Assembly (NCBI GenBank): GCA_044892505.1
Contig: CM097882.1
Span: 280,674,001 to 280,738,000 of the forward strand
DNA length: 64,000 nucleotides
DNA from: Schmidtea nova
Taxonomy: Eukaryota
Direction: 5' to 3'
The position numbers and the translations under genes were made by a program. The notes under the pieces were generated by a model. The model had not been told where the DNA came from, made no database searches, and saw only the letters and a program-made list of their open reading frames with translations. This document shows positions 44,678-58,900 of this stretch, one piece after another. Positions within the stretch are counted from its first letter, which is position 1; each line of letters opens with the position of its first letter.

Positions 44678-45670
44678 TATTTAAAAAGAATAATATTTTA
44701 CTATTATTAATATATAATTATATTTTAACATTTGATTTGTTTAATGGACTTTTTAACTAAATGTTAATATTTTGATTGAATTATTATACGCATTGCACTA
44801 ATTATAAATATCAATGAACTCAAAGTGCTTCAAAAGTAAGTAAACTTGGTTAATAGTGACTAGTAATATAATTACTGATAGATTCTTGTAGAGGATTTTA
44901 TGCCGCGTCTGATGATGTGAAAATGAATTCGATAGGCCGTTTCAATTGGTGGAAAAAGTGAAAATTTTGAAAAACAATAATTTCGTAATTATTTGCATGT
45001 TTTCTTGTAAAGTAGAATATTTCAAGTCAAACAAACTAGGTTTGGGTGAAATCTGTTGAGTAGATTGATGAGAAAATTAAAAAGAGTTAAAAGTGGTAAT
45101 AGTCACAAATTTCATAATTCAATTTTCAGGCTTTATGATTTTCATCACAAAACTCGAAATTTGATGAAAAATGATAAAATTTAGGAAACAATTTCATTTT
45201 ATGTTTTTGCACCTTTGTGTGCACCTTAAATTAAATAATATTTAAGAGACTAAATATTTACCCTGAAAATAGTGTGCTGATAATTTATCATCAAAATACC
45301 TAAAATTACTACTAGTAAAACATAGATTTCACCCTTTCTTCACTTTTGAAATAAAATATCGATTTTGCACTGACAAATCAATATTATCCATAACTTGCAT
45401 TTAAATTGCCACAAGTTCCATTTGAAAAAACGTTTAATAGCACAAATTCGGCACTTTGTATGCGGTTCAGAAATCAGACCAAATTATATGGAAATAGATG
45501 TATGAAACGTTTAACTGCCTCTTTTCGTTTAATTATATTTTGATATAATAATTATATTATTATTCCGTTAATAAACTAGTAATATTTCAAATAAATAAAA
45601 AGAATATTTTCACCAGTATTATTTGTATTGGTAATTATATATTAAACATCTTTAAAAAAGTTGTATAACA

Positions 45671-46690
45671 ATGACAGTTCAAATGTGTAAATTAGTAAAT
45701 GATAGAAAACAAAACGCACGAAAACGCAAAGTAAGATATAATGTAGTGTCCGTTGACATCAAATACAGCCAAAAGGCATATGAAAATGTTTATAACCCAG
45801 ATAAAAAGAAACCCGTTTCTTTAATAAATCATGGGGTCAACTGTTACATGAATGCTGCTATCCAAAGCATTTTCTCTCCCCTACAAATAATTTACGAAAG
45901 AGAGAATAATATGACTATTCCCACTGACTGTGGAGCTTTGACTTTACTAAAGAATATAATGAACTCATATGAAAATGAAGAAAGATTTTCTATTCGAGAA
46001 TGCATTTCTAAATTTTCAAAGCTCGAGTATTTCGGTAGTCAATTGTCCTGGAATCAACAGGAAGATGCTCATGAGTTTCTGAATAGTTTTCTTGACAAGT
46101 TGTCTAAAGAATTAGGGCGGGTGTCGAAATCGTTCAAAATGCCTTTTGAGAGTGCACATGATTCTCGTTTCTATTGCGACAATTGTGGAAAGTCCAATAC
46201 TTCAGAAGGTTCGAGTCTGGTAAAAGAGAAAGTTCTATTTGTGGATGTTGGAAAGAACATGAATGAAATGGTTGAGAAATCAACAAGTAACAAGGTCAAT
46301 GGATTTAGTTGTGAAAATTGTGGAACAAAAGGTACAGCCAGTAACAAAACGGTCTTTTCAGAACTACCAGAATTTTTAATTATTTGCATCAAAAGATTTA
46401 CCTATGCTTCGTATTATCAAAATGCAAAGAATTCAGAAAAAATTGAAATTGAAGAATATATTTCTGTTCCACTTCAACAAAACGACACAGTCAAACAAAC
46501 ACAGTATGAATTAATTTCAATAGTAAATCATCACGGAGGGCTTTTTGGGGGGCATTATAATAATTTTTTAAAACATCAGAACGTTTGGTACTCGGCAGAC
46601 GATGAATCTGTAACTGAGGTTAGCTTAGATAAGGCCGTGAGCAGTTCTGAATGTTCATGTTATATACAAGTTTATGCAAGGAGAAACTAG
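45671..46690 (+). CDS. USP deubiquitinase, array copy 12
   Basis: Protein identical to copy 1. Confidence 0.95.
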   Translation: MTVQMCKLVNDRKQNARKRKVRYNVVSVDIKYSQKAYENVYNPDKKKPVSLINHGVNCYMNAAIQSIFSPLQIIYERENNMTIPTDCGALTLLKNIMNSYENEERFSIRECISKFSKLEYFGSQLSWNQQEDAHEFLNSFLDKLSKELGRVSKSFKMPFESAHDSRFYCDNCGKSNTSEGSSLVKEKVLFVDVGKNMNEMVEKSTSNKVNGFSCENCGTKGTASNKTVFSELPEFLIICIKRFTYASYYQNAKNSEKIEIEEYISVPLQQNDTVKQTQYELISIVNHHGGLFGGHYNNFLKHQNVWYSADDESVTEVSLDKAVSSSECSCYIQVYARRN

Positions 46691-47283
46691 TGTAATTTAT
46701 TTTATAATAATTATTAAAATTATGGGGTTTGTTTATATTTCAATTTATAATATCGATTTTATTATTGCAATTAATTTGTATGTATTTATCTATAATTTAC
46801 AAATAATAAATTATAAAAATATAATTTTTTCAAATTTATTTAAAGTAAATAATAAAATTAGTAATATTAACGCTGTTTGTATATTAATTATTAAATAAAT
46901 GCTATTAATTGTATTTGTGTAAATTGGTTTCAATCTTTGCTTTTTTAACTTTTATTAGTATTTGAGAAATAGTAAATCTTTTCTGCAATTTTCTTATAAT
47001 TGTTTCTTATTTAAATTGTACACTTTATTCTCTTAAAAATTATATTCACATTTCTAAAGTGCAATAATATTTTTAATCTATTAACAAACGATGAATATTC
47101 TAGGCAATGCATTTTATTTGCTTAAAATATCTGATTTCAACAAATCAAATCATTCGATGAAAAACTATAAATACTGAATACTAACTTCAATTTGTCTTTA
47201 TTAGTAAACTGAATTTGATTAAGACGAATAAACTGAAAACTTTGACTAGTGAAATTATATATTATTAATATATAATTTCTATA

Positions 47284-47323
<40 letters not shown>

Positions 47324-48316
47324 TATTTAAAAAGAATAATATTTTACTATTATTAATATATAATTATATTTTAACATTTGATTTGTTTAATGGACTTTTT
47401 AACTAAATGTTAATATTTTGATTGAATTATTATACGCATTGCACTAATTATAAATATCAATGAACTCAAAGTGCTTCAAAAGTAAGTAAACTTGGTTAAT
47501 AGTGACTAGTAATATAATTACTGATAGATTCTTGTAGAGGATTTTATGCCGCGTCTGATGATGTGAAAATGAATTCGATAGGCCGTTTCAATTGGTGGAA
47601 AAAGTGAAAATTTTGAAAAACAATAATTTCGTAATTATTTGCATGTTTTCTTGTAAAGTAGAATATTTCAAGTCAAACAAACTAGGTTTGGGTGAAATCT
47701 GTTGAGTAGATTGATGAGAAAATTAAAAAGAGTTAAAAGTGGTAATAGTCACAAATTTCATAATTCAATTTTCAGGCTTTATGATTTTCATCACAAAACT
47801 CGAAATTTGATGAAAAATGATAAAATTTAGGAAACAATTTCATTTTATGTTTTTGCACCTTTGTGTGCACCTTAAATTAAATAATATTTAAGAGACTAAA
47901 TATTTACCCTGAAAATAGTGTGCTGATAATTTATCATCAAAATACCTAAAATTACTACTAGTAAAACATAGATTTCACCCTTTCTTCACTTTTGAAATAA
48001 AATATCGATTTTGCACTGACAAATCAATATTATCCATAACTTGCATTTAAATTGCCACAAGTTCCATTTGAAAAAACGTTTAATAGCACAAATTCGGCAC
48101 TTTGTATGCGGTTCAGAAATCAGACCAAATTATATGGAAATAGATGTATGAAACGTTTAACTGCCTCTTTTCGTTTAATTATATTTTGATATAATAATTA
48201 TATTATTATTCCGTTAATAAACTAGTAATATTTCAAATAAATAAAAAGAATATTTTCACCAGTATTATTTGTATTGGTAATTATATATTAAACATCTTTA
48301 AAAAAGTTGTATAACA

Positions 48317-49336
48317 ATGACAGTTCAAATGTGTAAATTAGTAAATGATAGAAAACAAAACGCACGAAAACGCAAAGTAAGATATAATGTAGTGTCCGTT
48401 GACATCAAATACAGCCAAAAGGCATATGAAAATGTTTATAACCCAGATAAAAAGAAACCCGTTTCTTTAATAAATCATGGGGTCAACTGTTACATGAATG
48501 CTGCTATCCAAAGCATTTTCTCTCCCCTACAAATAATTTACGAAAGAGAGAATAATATGACTATTCCCACTGACTGTGGAGCTTTGACTTTACTAAAGAA
48601 TATAATGAACTCATATGAAAATGAAGAAAGATTTTCTATTCGAGAATGCATTTCTAAATTTTCAAAGCTCGAGTATTTCGGTAGTCAATTGTCCTGGAAT
48701 CAACAGGAAGATGCTCATGAGTTTCTGAATAGTTTTCTTGACAAGTTGTCTAAAGAATTAGGGCGGGTGTCGAAATCGTTCAAAATGCCTTTTGAGAGTG
48801 CACATGATTCTCGTTTCTATTGCGACAATTGTGGAAAGTCCAATACTTCAGAAGGTTCGAGTCTGGTAAAAGAGAAAGTTCTATTTGTGGATGTTGGAAA
48901 GAACATGAATGAAATGGTTGAGAAATCAACAAGTAACAAGGTCAATGGATTTAGTTGTGAAAATTGTGGAACAAAAGGTACAGCCAGTAACAAAACGGTC
49001 TTTTCAGAACTACCAGAATTTTTAATTATTTGCATCAAAAGATTTACCTATGCTTCGTATTATCAAAATGCAAAGAATTCAGAAAAAATTGAAATTGAAG
49101 AATATATTTCTGTTCCACTTCAACAAAACGACACAGTCAAACAAACACAGTATGAATTAATTTCAATAGTAAATCATCACGGAGGGCTTTTTGGGGGGCA
49201 TTATAATAGTTTTTTAAAACATCAGAACGTTTGGTACTCGGCAGACGATGAATCTGTAACTGAGGTTAGCTTAGATAAGGCCGTGAGCAGTTCTGAATGT
49301 TCATGTTATATACAAGTTTATGCAAGGAGAAACTAG
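48317..49336 (+). CDS. USP deubiquitinase, array copy 13 (N298S variant)
   Basis: AAT>AGT at 49209. Confidence 0.95.
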   Translation: MTVQMCKLVNDRKQNARKRKVRYNVVSVDIKYSQKAYENVYNPDKKKPVSLINHGVNCYMNAAIQSIFSPLQIIYERENNMTIPTDCGALTLLKNIMNSYENEERFSIRECISKFSKLEYFGSQLSWNQQEDAHEFLNSFLDKLSKELGRVSKSFKMPFESAHDSRFYCDNCGKSNTSEGSSLVKEKVLFVDVGKNMNEMVEKSTSNKVNGFSCENCGTKGTASNKTVFSELPEFLIICIKRFTYASYYQNAKNSEKIEIEEYISVPLQQNDTVKQTQYELISIVNHHGGLFGGHYNSFLKHQNVWYSADDESVTEVSLDKAVSSSECSCYIQVYARRN

Positions 49337-49929
49337 TGTAATTTATTTTATAATAATTATTAAAATTATGGGGTTTGTTTATATTTCAATTTATAATATC
49401 GATTTTATTATTGCAATTAATTTGTATGTATTTATCTATAATTTACAAATAATAAATTATAAAAATATAATTTTTTCAAATTTATTTAAAGTAAATAATA
49501 AAATTAGTAATATTAACGCTGTTTGTATATTAATTATTAAATAAATGCTATTAATTGTATTTGTGTAAATTGGTTTCAATCTTTGCTTTTTTAACTTTTA
49601 TTAGTATTTGAGAAATAGTAAATCTTTTCTGCAATTTTTTTATAATTGTTTCTTATTTAAATTGTACACTTTATTCTCTTAAAAATTATATTCACATTTC
49701 TAAAGTGCAATAATATTTTTAATCTATTAACAAACGATGAATATTCTAGGCAATGCATTTTATTTGCTTAAAATATCTGATTTCAACAAATCAAATCATT
49801 CGATGAAAAACTATAAATACTGAATACTAACTTCAATTTGTCTTTATTAGTAAACTGAATTTGATTAAGACGAATAAACTGAAAACTTTGACTAGTGAAA
49901 TTATATATTATTAATATATAATTTCTATA

Positions 49930-49969
<40 letters not shown>

Positions 49970-50962
49970 TATTTAAAAAGAATAATATTTTACTATTATT
50001 AATATATAATTATATTTTAACATTTGATTTGTTTAATGGACTTTTTAACTAAATGTTAATATTTTGATTGAATTATTATACGCATTGCACTAATTATAAA
50101 TATCAATGAACTCAAAGTGCTTCAAAAGTAAGTAAACTTGGTTAATAGTGACTAGTAATATAATTACTGATAGATTCTTGTAGAGGATTTTATGCCGCGT
50201 CTGATGATGTGAAAATGAATTCGATAGGCCGTTTCAATTGGTGGAAAAAGTGAAAATTTTGAAAAACAATAATTTCGTAATTATTTGCATGTTTTCTTGT
50301 AAAGTAGAATATTTCAAGTCAAACAAACTAGGTTTGGGTGAAATCTGTTGAGTAGATTGATGAGAAAATTAAAAAGAGTTAAAAGTGGTAATAGTCACAA
50401 ATTTCATAATTCAATTTTCAGGCTTTATGATTTTCATCACAAAACTCGAAATTTGATGAAAAATGATAAAATTTAGGAAACAATTTCATTTTATGTTTTT
50501 GCACCTTTGTGTGCACCTTAAATTAAATAATATTTAAGAGACTAAATATTTACCCTGAAAATAGTGTGCTGATAATTTATCATCAAAATACCTAAAATTA
50601 CTACTAGTAAAACATAGATTTCACCCTTTCTTCACTTTTGAAATAAAATATCGATTTTGCACTGACAAATCAATATTATCCATAACTTGCATTTAAATTG
50701 CCACAAGTTCCATTTGAAAAAACGTTTAATAGCACAAATTCGGCACTTTGTATGCGGTTCAGAAATCAGACCAAATTATATGGAAATAGATGTATGAAAC
50801 GTTTAACTGCCTCTTTTCGTTTAATTATATTTTGATATAATAATTATATTATTATTCCGTTAATAAACTAGTAATATTTCAAATAAATAAAAAGAATATT
50901 TTCACCAGTATTATTTGTATTGGTAATTATATATTAAACATCTTTAAAAAAGTTGTATAACA

Positions 50963-51982
50963 ATGACAGTTCAAATGTGTAAATTAGTAAATGATAGAAA
51001 ACAAAACGCACGAAAACGCAAAGTAAGATATAATGTAGTGTCCGTTGACATCAAATACAGCCAAAAGGCATATGAAAATGTTTATAACCCAGATAAAAAG
51101 AAACCCGTTTCTTTAATAAATCATGGGGTCAACTGTTACATGAATGCTGCTATCCAAAGCATTTTCTCTCCCCTACAAATAATTTACGAAAGAGAGAATA
51201 ATATGACTATTCCCACTGACTGTGGAGCTTTGACTTTACTAAAGAATATAATGAACTCATATGAAAATGAAGAAAGATTTTCTATTCGAGAATGCATTTC
51301 TAAATTTTCAAAGCTCGAGTATTTCGGTAGTCAATTGTCCTGGAATCAACAGGAAGATGCTCATGAGTTTCTGAATAGTTTTCTTGACAAGTTGTCTAAA
51401 GAATTAGGGCGGGTGTCGAAATCGTTCAAAATGCCTTTTGAGAGTGCACATGATTCTCGTTTCTATTGCGACAATTGTGGAAAGTCCAATACTTCAGAAG
51501 GTTCGAGTCTGGTAAAAGAGAAAGTTCTATTTGTGGATGTTGGAAAGAACATGAATGAAATGGTTGAGAAATCAACAAGTAACAAGGTCAATGGATTTAG
51601 TTGTGAAAATTGTGGAACAAAAGGTACAGCCAGTAACAAAACGGTCTTTTCAGAACTACCAGAATTTTTAATTATTTGCATCAAAAGATTTACCTATGCT
51701 TCGTATTATCAAAATGCAAAGAATTCAGAAAAAATTGAAATTGAAGAATATATTTCTGTTCCACTTCAACAAAACGACACAGTCAAACAAACACAGTATG
51801 AATTAATTTCAATAGTAAATCATCACGGAGGGCTTTTTGGGGGGCATTATAATAATTTTTTAAAACATCAGAACGTTTGGTACTCGGCAGACGATGAATC
51901 TGTAACTGAGGTTAGCTTAGATAAGGCCGTGAGCAGTTCTGAATGTTCATGTTATATACAAGTTTATGCAAGGAGAAACTAG
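50963..51982 (+). CDS. USP deubiquitinase, array copy 14
   Basis: Protein identical to copy 1. Confidence 0.95.
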   Translation: MTVQMCKLVNDRKQNARKRKVRYNVVSVDIKYSQKAYENVYNPDKKKPVSLINHGVNCYMNAAIQSIFSPLQIIYERENNMTIPTDCGALTLLKNIMNSYENEERFSIRECISKFSKLEYFGSQLSWNQQEDAHEFLNSFLDKLSKELGRVSKSFKMPFESAHDSRFYCDNCGKSNTSEGSSLVKEKVLFVDVGKNMNEMVEKSTSNKVNGFSCENCGTKGTASNKTVFSELPEFLIICIKRFTYASYYQNAKNSEKIEIEEYISVPLQQNDTVKQTQYELISIVNHHGGLFGGHYNNFLKHQNVWYSADDESVTEVSLDKAVSSSECSCYIQVYARRN

Positions 51983-52575
51983 TGTAATTTATTTTATAAT
52001 AATTATTAAAATTATGGGGTTTGTTTATATTTCAATTTATAATATCGATTTTATTATTGCAATTAATTTGTATGTATTTATCTATAATTTACAAATAATA
52101 AATTATAAAAATATAATTTTTTCAAATTTATTTAAAGTAAATAATAAAATTAGTAATATTAACGCTGTTTGTATATTAATTATTAAATAAATGCTATTAA
52201 TTGTATTTGTGTAAATTGGTTTCAATCTTTGCTTTTTTAACTTTTATTAGTATTTGAGAAATAGTAAATCTTTTCTGCAATTTTTTTATAATTGTTTCTT
52301 ATTTAAATTGTACACTTTATTCTCTTAAAAATTATATTCACATTTCTAAAGTGCAATAATATTTTTAATCTATTAACAAACGATGAATATTCTAGGCAAT
52401 GCATTTTATTTGCTTAAAATATCTGATTTCAACAAATCAAATCATTCGATGAAAAACTATAAATACTGAATACTAACTTCAATTTGTCTTTATTAGTAAA
52501 CTGAATTTGATTAAGACGAATAAACTGAAAACTTTGACTAGTGAAATTATATATTATTAATATATAATTTCTATA

Positions 52576-52615
<40 letters not shown>

Positions 52616-53608
52616 TATTTAAAAAGAATAATATTTTACTATTATTAATATATAATTATATTTTAACATTTGATTTGTTTAATGGACTTTTTAACTAAAT
52701 GTTAATATTTTGATTGAATTATTATACGCATTGCACTAATTATAAATATCAATGAACTCAAAGTGCTTCAAAAGTAAGTAAACTTGGTTAATAGTGACTA
52801 GTAATATAATTACTGATAGATTCTTGTAGAGGATTTTATGCCGCGTCTGATGATGTGAAAATGAATTCGATAGGCCGTTTCAATTGGTGGAAAAAGTGAA
52901 AATTTTGAAAAACAATAATTTCGTAATTATTTGCATGTTTTCTTGTAAAGTAGAATATTTCAAGTCAAACAAACTAGGTTTGGGTGAAATCTGTTGAGTA
53001 GATTGATGAGAAAATTAAAAAGAGTTAAAAGTGGTAATAGTCACAAATTTCATAATTCAATTTTCAGGCTTTATGATTTTCATCACAAAACTCGAAATTT
53101 GATGAAAAATGATAAAATTTAGGAAACAATTTCATTTTATGTTTTTGCACCTTTGTGTGCACCTTAAATTAAATAATATTTAAGAGACTAAATATTTACC
53201 CTGAAAATAGTGTGCTGATAATTTATCATCAAAATACCTAAAATTACTACTAGTAAAACATAGATTTCACCCTTTCTTCACTTTTGAAATAAAATATCGA
53301 TTTTGCACTGACAAATCAATATTATCCATAACTTGCATTTAAATTGCCACAAGTTCCATTTGAAAAAACGTTTAATAGCACAAATTCGGCACTTTGTATG
53401 CGGTTCAGAAATCAGACCAAATTATATGGAAATAGATGTATGAAACGTTTAACTGCCTCTTTTCGTTTAATTATATTTTGATATAATAATTATATTATTA
53501 TTCCGTTAATAAACTAGTAATATTTCAAATAAATAAAAAGAATATTTTCACCAGTATTATTTGTATTGGTAATTATATATTAAACATCTTTAAAAAAGTT
53601 GTATAACA

Positions 53609-54628
53609 ATGACAGTTCAAATGTGTAAATTAGTAAATGATAGAAAACAAAACGCACGAAAACGCAAAGTAAGATATAATGTAGTGTCCGTTGACATCAA
53701 ATACAGCCAAAAGGCATATGAAAATGTTTATAACCCAGATAAAAAGAAACCCGTTTCTTTAATAAATCATGGGGTCAACTGTTACATGAATGCTGCTATC
53801 CAAAGCATTTTCTCTCCCCTACAAATAATTTACGAAAGAGAGAATAATATGACTATTCCCACTGACTGTGGAGCTTTGACTTTACTAAAGAATATAATGA
53901 ACTCATATGAAAATGAAGAAAGATTTTCTATTCGAGAATGCATTTCTAAATTTTCAAAGCTCGAGTATTTCGGTAGTCAATTGTCCTGGAATCAACAGGA
54001 AGATGCTCATGAGTTTCTGAATAGTTTTCTTGACAAGTTGTCTAAAGAATTAGGGCGGGTGTCGAAATCGTTCAAAATGCCTTTTGAGAGTGCACATGAT
54101 TCTCGTTTCTATTGCGACAATTGTGGAAAGTCCAATACTTCAGAAGGTTCGAGTCTGGTAAAAGAGAAAGTTCTATTTGTGGATGTTGGAAAGAACATGA
54201 ATGAAATGGTTGAGAAATCAACAAGTAACAAGGTCAATGGATTTAGTTGTGAAAATTGTGGAACAAAAGGTACAGCCAGTAACAAAACGGTCTTTTCAGA
54301 ACTACCAGAATTTTTAATTATTTGCATCAAAAGATTTACCTATGCTTCGTATTATCAAAATGCAAAGAATTCAGAAAAAATTGAAATTGAAGAATATATT
54401 TCTGTTCCACTTCAACAAAACGACACAGTCAAACAAACACAGTATGAATTAATTTCAATAGTAAATCATCACGGAGGGCTTTTTGGGGGGCATTATAATA
54501 ATTTTTTAAAACATCAGAACGTTTGGTACTCGGCAGACGATGAATCTGTAACTGAGGTTAGCTTAGATAAGGCCGTGAGCAGTTCTGAATGTTCATGTTA
54601 TATACAAGTTTATGCAAGGAGAAACTAG
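53609..54628 (+). CDS. USP deubiquitinase, array copy 15
   Basis: Protein identical to copy 1. Confidence 0.95.
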   Translation: MTVQMCKLVNDRKQNARKRKVRYNVVSVDIKYSQKAYENVYNPDKKKPVSLINHGVNCYMNAAIQSIFSPLQIIYERENNMTIPTDCGALTLLKNIMNSYENEERFSIRECISKFSKLEYFGSQLSWNQQEDAHEFLNSFLDKLSKELGRVSKSFKMPFESAHDSRFYCDNCGKSNTSEGSSLVKEKVLFVDVGKNMNEMVEKSTSNKVNGFSCENCGTKGTASNKTVFSELPEFLIICIKRFTYASYYQNAKNSEKIEIEEYISVPLQQNDTVKQTQYELISIVNHHGGLFGGHYNNFLKHQNVWYSADDESVTEVSLDKAVSSSECSCYIQVYARRN

Positions 54629-55221
54629 TGTAATTTATTTTATAATAATTATTAAAATTATGGGGTTTGTTTATATTTCAATTTATAATATCGATTTTAT
54701 TATTGCAATTAATTTGTATGTATTTATCTATAATTTACAAATAATAAATTATAAAAATATAATTTTTTCAAATTTATTTAAAGTAAATAATAAAATTAGT
54801 AATATTAACGCTGTTTGTATATTAATTATTAAATAAATGCTATTAATTGTATTTGTGTAAATTGGTTTCAATCTTTGCTTTTTTAACTTTTATTAGTATT
54901 TGAGAAATAGTAAATCTTTTCTGCAATTTTTTTATAATTGTTTCTTATTTAAATTGTACACTTTATTCTCTTAAAAATTATATTCACATTTCTAAAGTGC
55001 AATAATATTTTTAATCTATTAACAAACGATGAATATTCTAGGCAATGCATTTTATTTGCTTAAAATATCTGATTTCAACAAATCAAATCATTCGATGAAA
55101 AACTATAAATACTGAATACTAACTTCAATTTGTCTTTATTAGTAAACTGAATTTGATTAAGACGAATAAACTGAAAACTTTGACTAGTGAAATTATATAT
55201 TATTAATATATAATTTCTATA

Positions 55222-55261
<40 letters not shown>

Positions 55262-56254
55262 TATTTAAAAAGAATAATATTTTACTATTATTAATATATA
55301 ATTATATTTTAACATTTGATTTGTTTAATGGACTTTTTAACTAAATGTTAATATTTTGATTGAATTATTATACGCATTGCACTAATTATAAATATCAATG
55401 AACTCAAAGTGCTTCAAAAGTAAGTAAACTTGGTTAATAGTGACTAGTAATATAATTACTGATAGATTCTTGTAGAGGATTTTATGCCGCGTCTGATGAT
55501 GTGAAAATGAATTCGATAGGCCGTTTCAATTGGTGGAAAAAGTGAAAATTTTGAAAAACAATAATTTCGTAATTATTTGCATGTTTTCTTGTAAAGTAGA
55601 ATATTTCAAGTCAAACAAACTAGGTTTGGGTGAAATCTGTTGAGTAGATTGATGAGAAAATTAAAAAGAGTTAAAAGTGGTAATAGTCACAAATTTCATA
55701 ATTCAATTTTCAGGCTTTATGATTTTCATCACAAAACTCGAAATTTGATGAAAAATGATAAAATTTAGGAAACAATTTCATTTTATGTTTTTGCACCTTT
55801 GTGTGCACCTTAAATTAAATAATATTTAAGAGACTAAATATTTACCCTGAAAATAGTGTGCTGATAATTTATCATCAAAATACCTAAAATTACTACTAGT
55901 AAAACATAGATTTCACCCTTTCTTCACTTTTGAAATAAAATATCGATTTTGCACTGACAAATCAATATTATCCATAACTTGCATTTAAATTGCCACAAGT
56001 TCCATTTGAAAAAACGTTTAATAGCACAAATTCGGCACTTTGTATGCGGTTCAGAAATCAGACCAAATTATATGGAAATAGATGTATGAAACGTTTAACT
56101 GCCTCTTTTCGTTTAATTATATTTTGATATAATAATTATATTATTATTCCGTTAATAAACTAGTAATATTTCAAATAAATAAAAAGAATATTTTCACCAG
56201 TATTATTTGTATTGGTAATTATATATTAAACATCTTTAAAAAAGTTGTATAACA

Positions 56255-57274
56255 ATGACAGTTCAAATGTGTAAATTAGTAAATGATAGAAAACAAAACG
56301 CACGAAAACGCAAAGTAAGATATAATGTAGTGTCCGTTGACATCAAATACAGCCAAAAGGCATATGAAAATGTTTATAACCCAGATAAAAAGAAACCCGT
56401 TTCTTTAATAAATCATGGGGTCAACTGTTACATGAATGCTGCTATCCAAAGCATTTTCTCTCCCCTACAAATAATTTACGAAAGAGAGAATAATATGACT
56501 ATTCCCACTGACTGTGGAGCTTTGACTTTACTAAAGAATATAATGAACTCATATGAAAATGAAGAAAGATTTTCTATTCGAGAATGCATTTCTAAATTTT
56601 CAAAGCTCGAGTATTTCGGTAGTCAATTGTCCTGGAATCAACAGGAAGATGCTCATGAGTTTCTGAATAGTTTTCTTGACAAGTTGTCTAAAGAATTAGG
56701 GCGGGTGTCGAAATCGTTCAAAATGCCTTTTGAGAGTGCACATGATTCTCGTTTCTATTGCGACAATTGTGGAAAGTCCAATACTTCAGAAGGTTCGAGT
56801 CTGGTAAAAGAGAAAGTTCTATTTGTGGATGTTGGAAAGAACATGAATGAAATGGTTGAGAAATCAACAAGTAACAAGGTCAATGGATTTAGTTGTGAAA
56901 ATTGTGGAACAAAAGGTACAGCCAGTAACAAAACGGTCTTTTCAGAACTACCAGAATTTTTAATTATTTGCATCAAAAGATTTACCTATGCTTCGTATTA
57001 TCAAAATGCAAAGAATTCAGAAAAAATTGAAATTGAAGAATATATTTCTGTTCCACTTCAACAAAACGACACAGTCAAACAAACACAGTATGAATTAATT
57101 TCAATAGTAAATCATCACGGAGGGCTTTTTGGGGGGCATTATAATAATTTTTTAAAACATCAGAACGTTTGGTACTCGGCAGACGATGAATCTGTAACTG
57201 AGGTTAGCTTAGATAAGGCCGTGAGCAGTTCTGAATGTTCATGTTATATACAAGTTTATGCAAGGAGAAACTAG
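56255..57274 (+). CDS. USP deubiquitinase, array copy 16
   Basis: Protein identical to copy 1. Confidence 0.95.
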   Translation: MTVQMCKLVNDRKQNARKRKVRYNVVSVDIKYSQKAYENVYNPDKKKPVSLINHGVNCYMNAAIQSIFSPLQIIYERENNMTIPTDCGALTLLKNIMNSYENEERFSIRECISKFSKLEYFGSQLSWNQQEDAHEFLNSFLDKLSKELGRVSKSFKMPFESAHDSRFYCDNCGKSNTSEGSSLVKEKVLFVDVGKNMNEMVEKSTSNKVNGFSCENCGTKGTASNKTVFSELPEFLIICIKRFTYASYYQNAKNSEKIEIEEYISVPLQQNDTVKQTQYELISIVNHHGGLFGGHYNNFLKHQNVWYSADDESVTEVSLDKAVSSSECSCYIQVYARRN

Positions 57275-57867
57275 TGTAATTTATTTTATAATAATTATTA
57301 AAATTATGGGGTTTGTTTATATTTCAATTTATAATATCGATTTTATTATTGCAATTAATTTGTATGTATTTATCTATAATTTACAAATAATAAATTATAA
57401 AAATATAATTTTTTCAAATTTATTTAAAGTAAATAATAAAATTAGTAATATTAACGCTGTTTGTATATTAATTATTAAATAAATGCTATTAATTGTATTT
57501 GTGTAAATTGGTTTCAATCTTTGCTTTTTTAACTTTTATTAGTATTTGAGAAATAGTAAATCTTTTCTGCAATTTTTTTATAATTGTTTCTTATTTAAAT
57601 TGTACACTTTATTCTCTTAAAAATTATATTCACATTTCTAAAGTGCAATAATATTTTTAATCTATTAACAAACGATGAATATTCTAGGCAATGCATTTTA
57701 TTTGCTTAAAATATCTGATTTCAACAAATCAAATCATTCGATGAAAAACTATAAATACTGAATACTAACTTCAATTTGTCTTTATTAGTAAACTGAATTT
57801 GATTAAGACGAATAAACTGAAAACTTTGACTAGTGAAATTATATATTATTAATATATAATTTCTATA

Positions 57868-57907
<40 letters not shown>

Positions 57908-58900
57908 TATTTAAAAAGAATAATATTTTACTATTATTAATATATAATTATATTTTAACATTTGATTTGTTTAATGGACTTTTTAACTAAATGTTAATAT
58001 TTTGATTGAATTATTATACGCATTGCACTAATTATAAATATCAATGAACTCAAAGTGCTTCAAAAGTAAGTAAACTTGGTTAATAGTGACTAGTAATATA
58101 ATTACTGATAGATTCTTGTAGAGGATTTTATGCCGCGTCTGATGATGTGAAAATGAATTCGATAGGCCGTTTCAATTGGTGGAAAAAGTGAAAATTTTGA
58201 AAAACAATAATTTCGTAATTATTTGCATGTTTTCTTGTAAAGTAGAATATTTCAAGTCAAACAAACTAGGTTTGGGTGAAATCTGTTGAGTAGATTGATG
58301 AGAAAATTAAAAAGAGTTAAAAGTGGTAATAGTCACAAATTTCATAATTCAATTTTCAGGCTTTATGATTTTCATCACAAAACTCGAAATTTGATGAAAA
58401 ATGATAAAATTTAGGAAACAATTTCATTTTATGTTTTTGCACTTTTGTGTGCACCTTAAATTAAATAATATTTAAGAGACTAAATATTTACCCTGAAAAT
58501 AGTGTGCTGATAATTTATCATCAAAATACCTAAAATTACTACTAGTAAAACATAGATTTCACCCTTTCTTCACTTTTGAAATAAAATATCGATTTTGCAC
58601 TGACAAATCAATATTATCCATAACTTGCATTTAAATTGCCACAAGTTCCATTTGAAAAAACGTTTAATAGCACAAATTCGGCACTTTGTATGCGGTTCAG
58701 AAATCAGACCAAATTATATGGAAATAGATGTATGAAACGTTTAACTGCCTCTTTTCGTTTAATTATATTTTGATATAATAATTATATTATTATTCCGTTA
58801 ATAAACTAGTAATATTTCAAATAAATAAAAAGAATATTTTCACCAGTATTATTTGTATTGGTAATTATATATTAAACATCTTTAAAAAAGTTGTATAACA

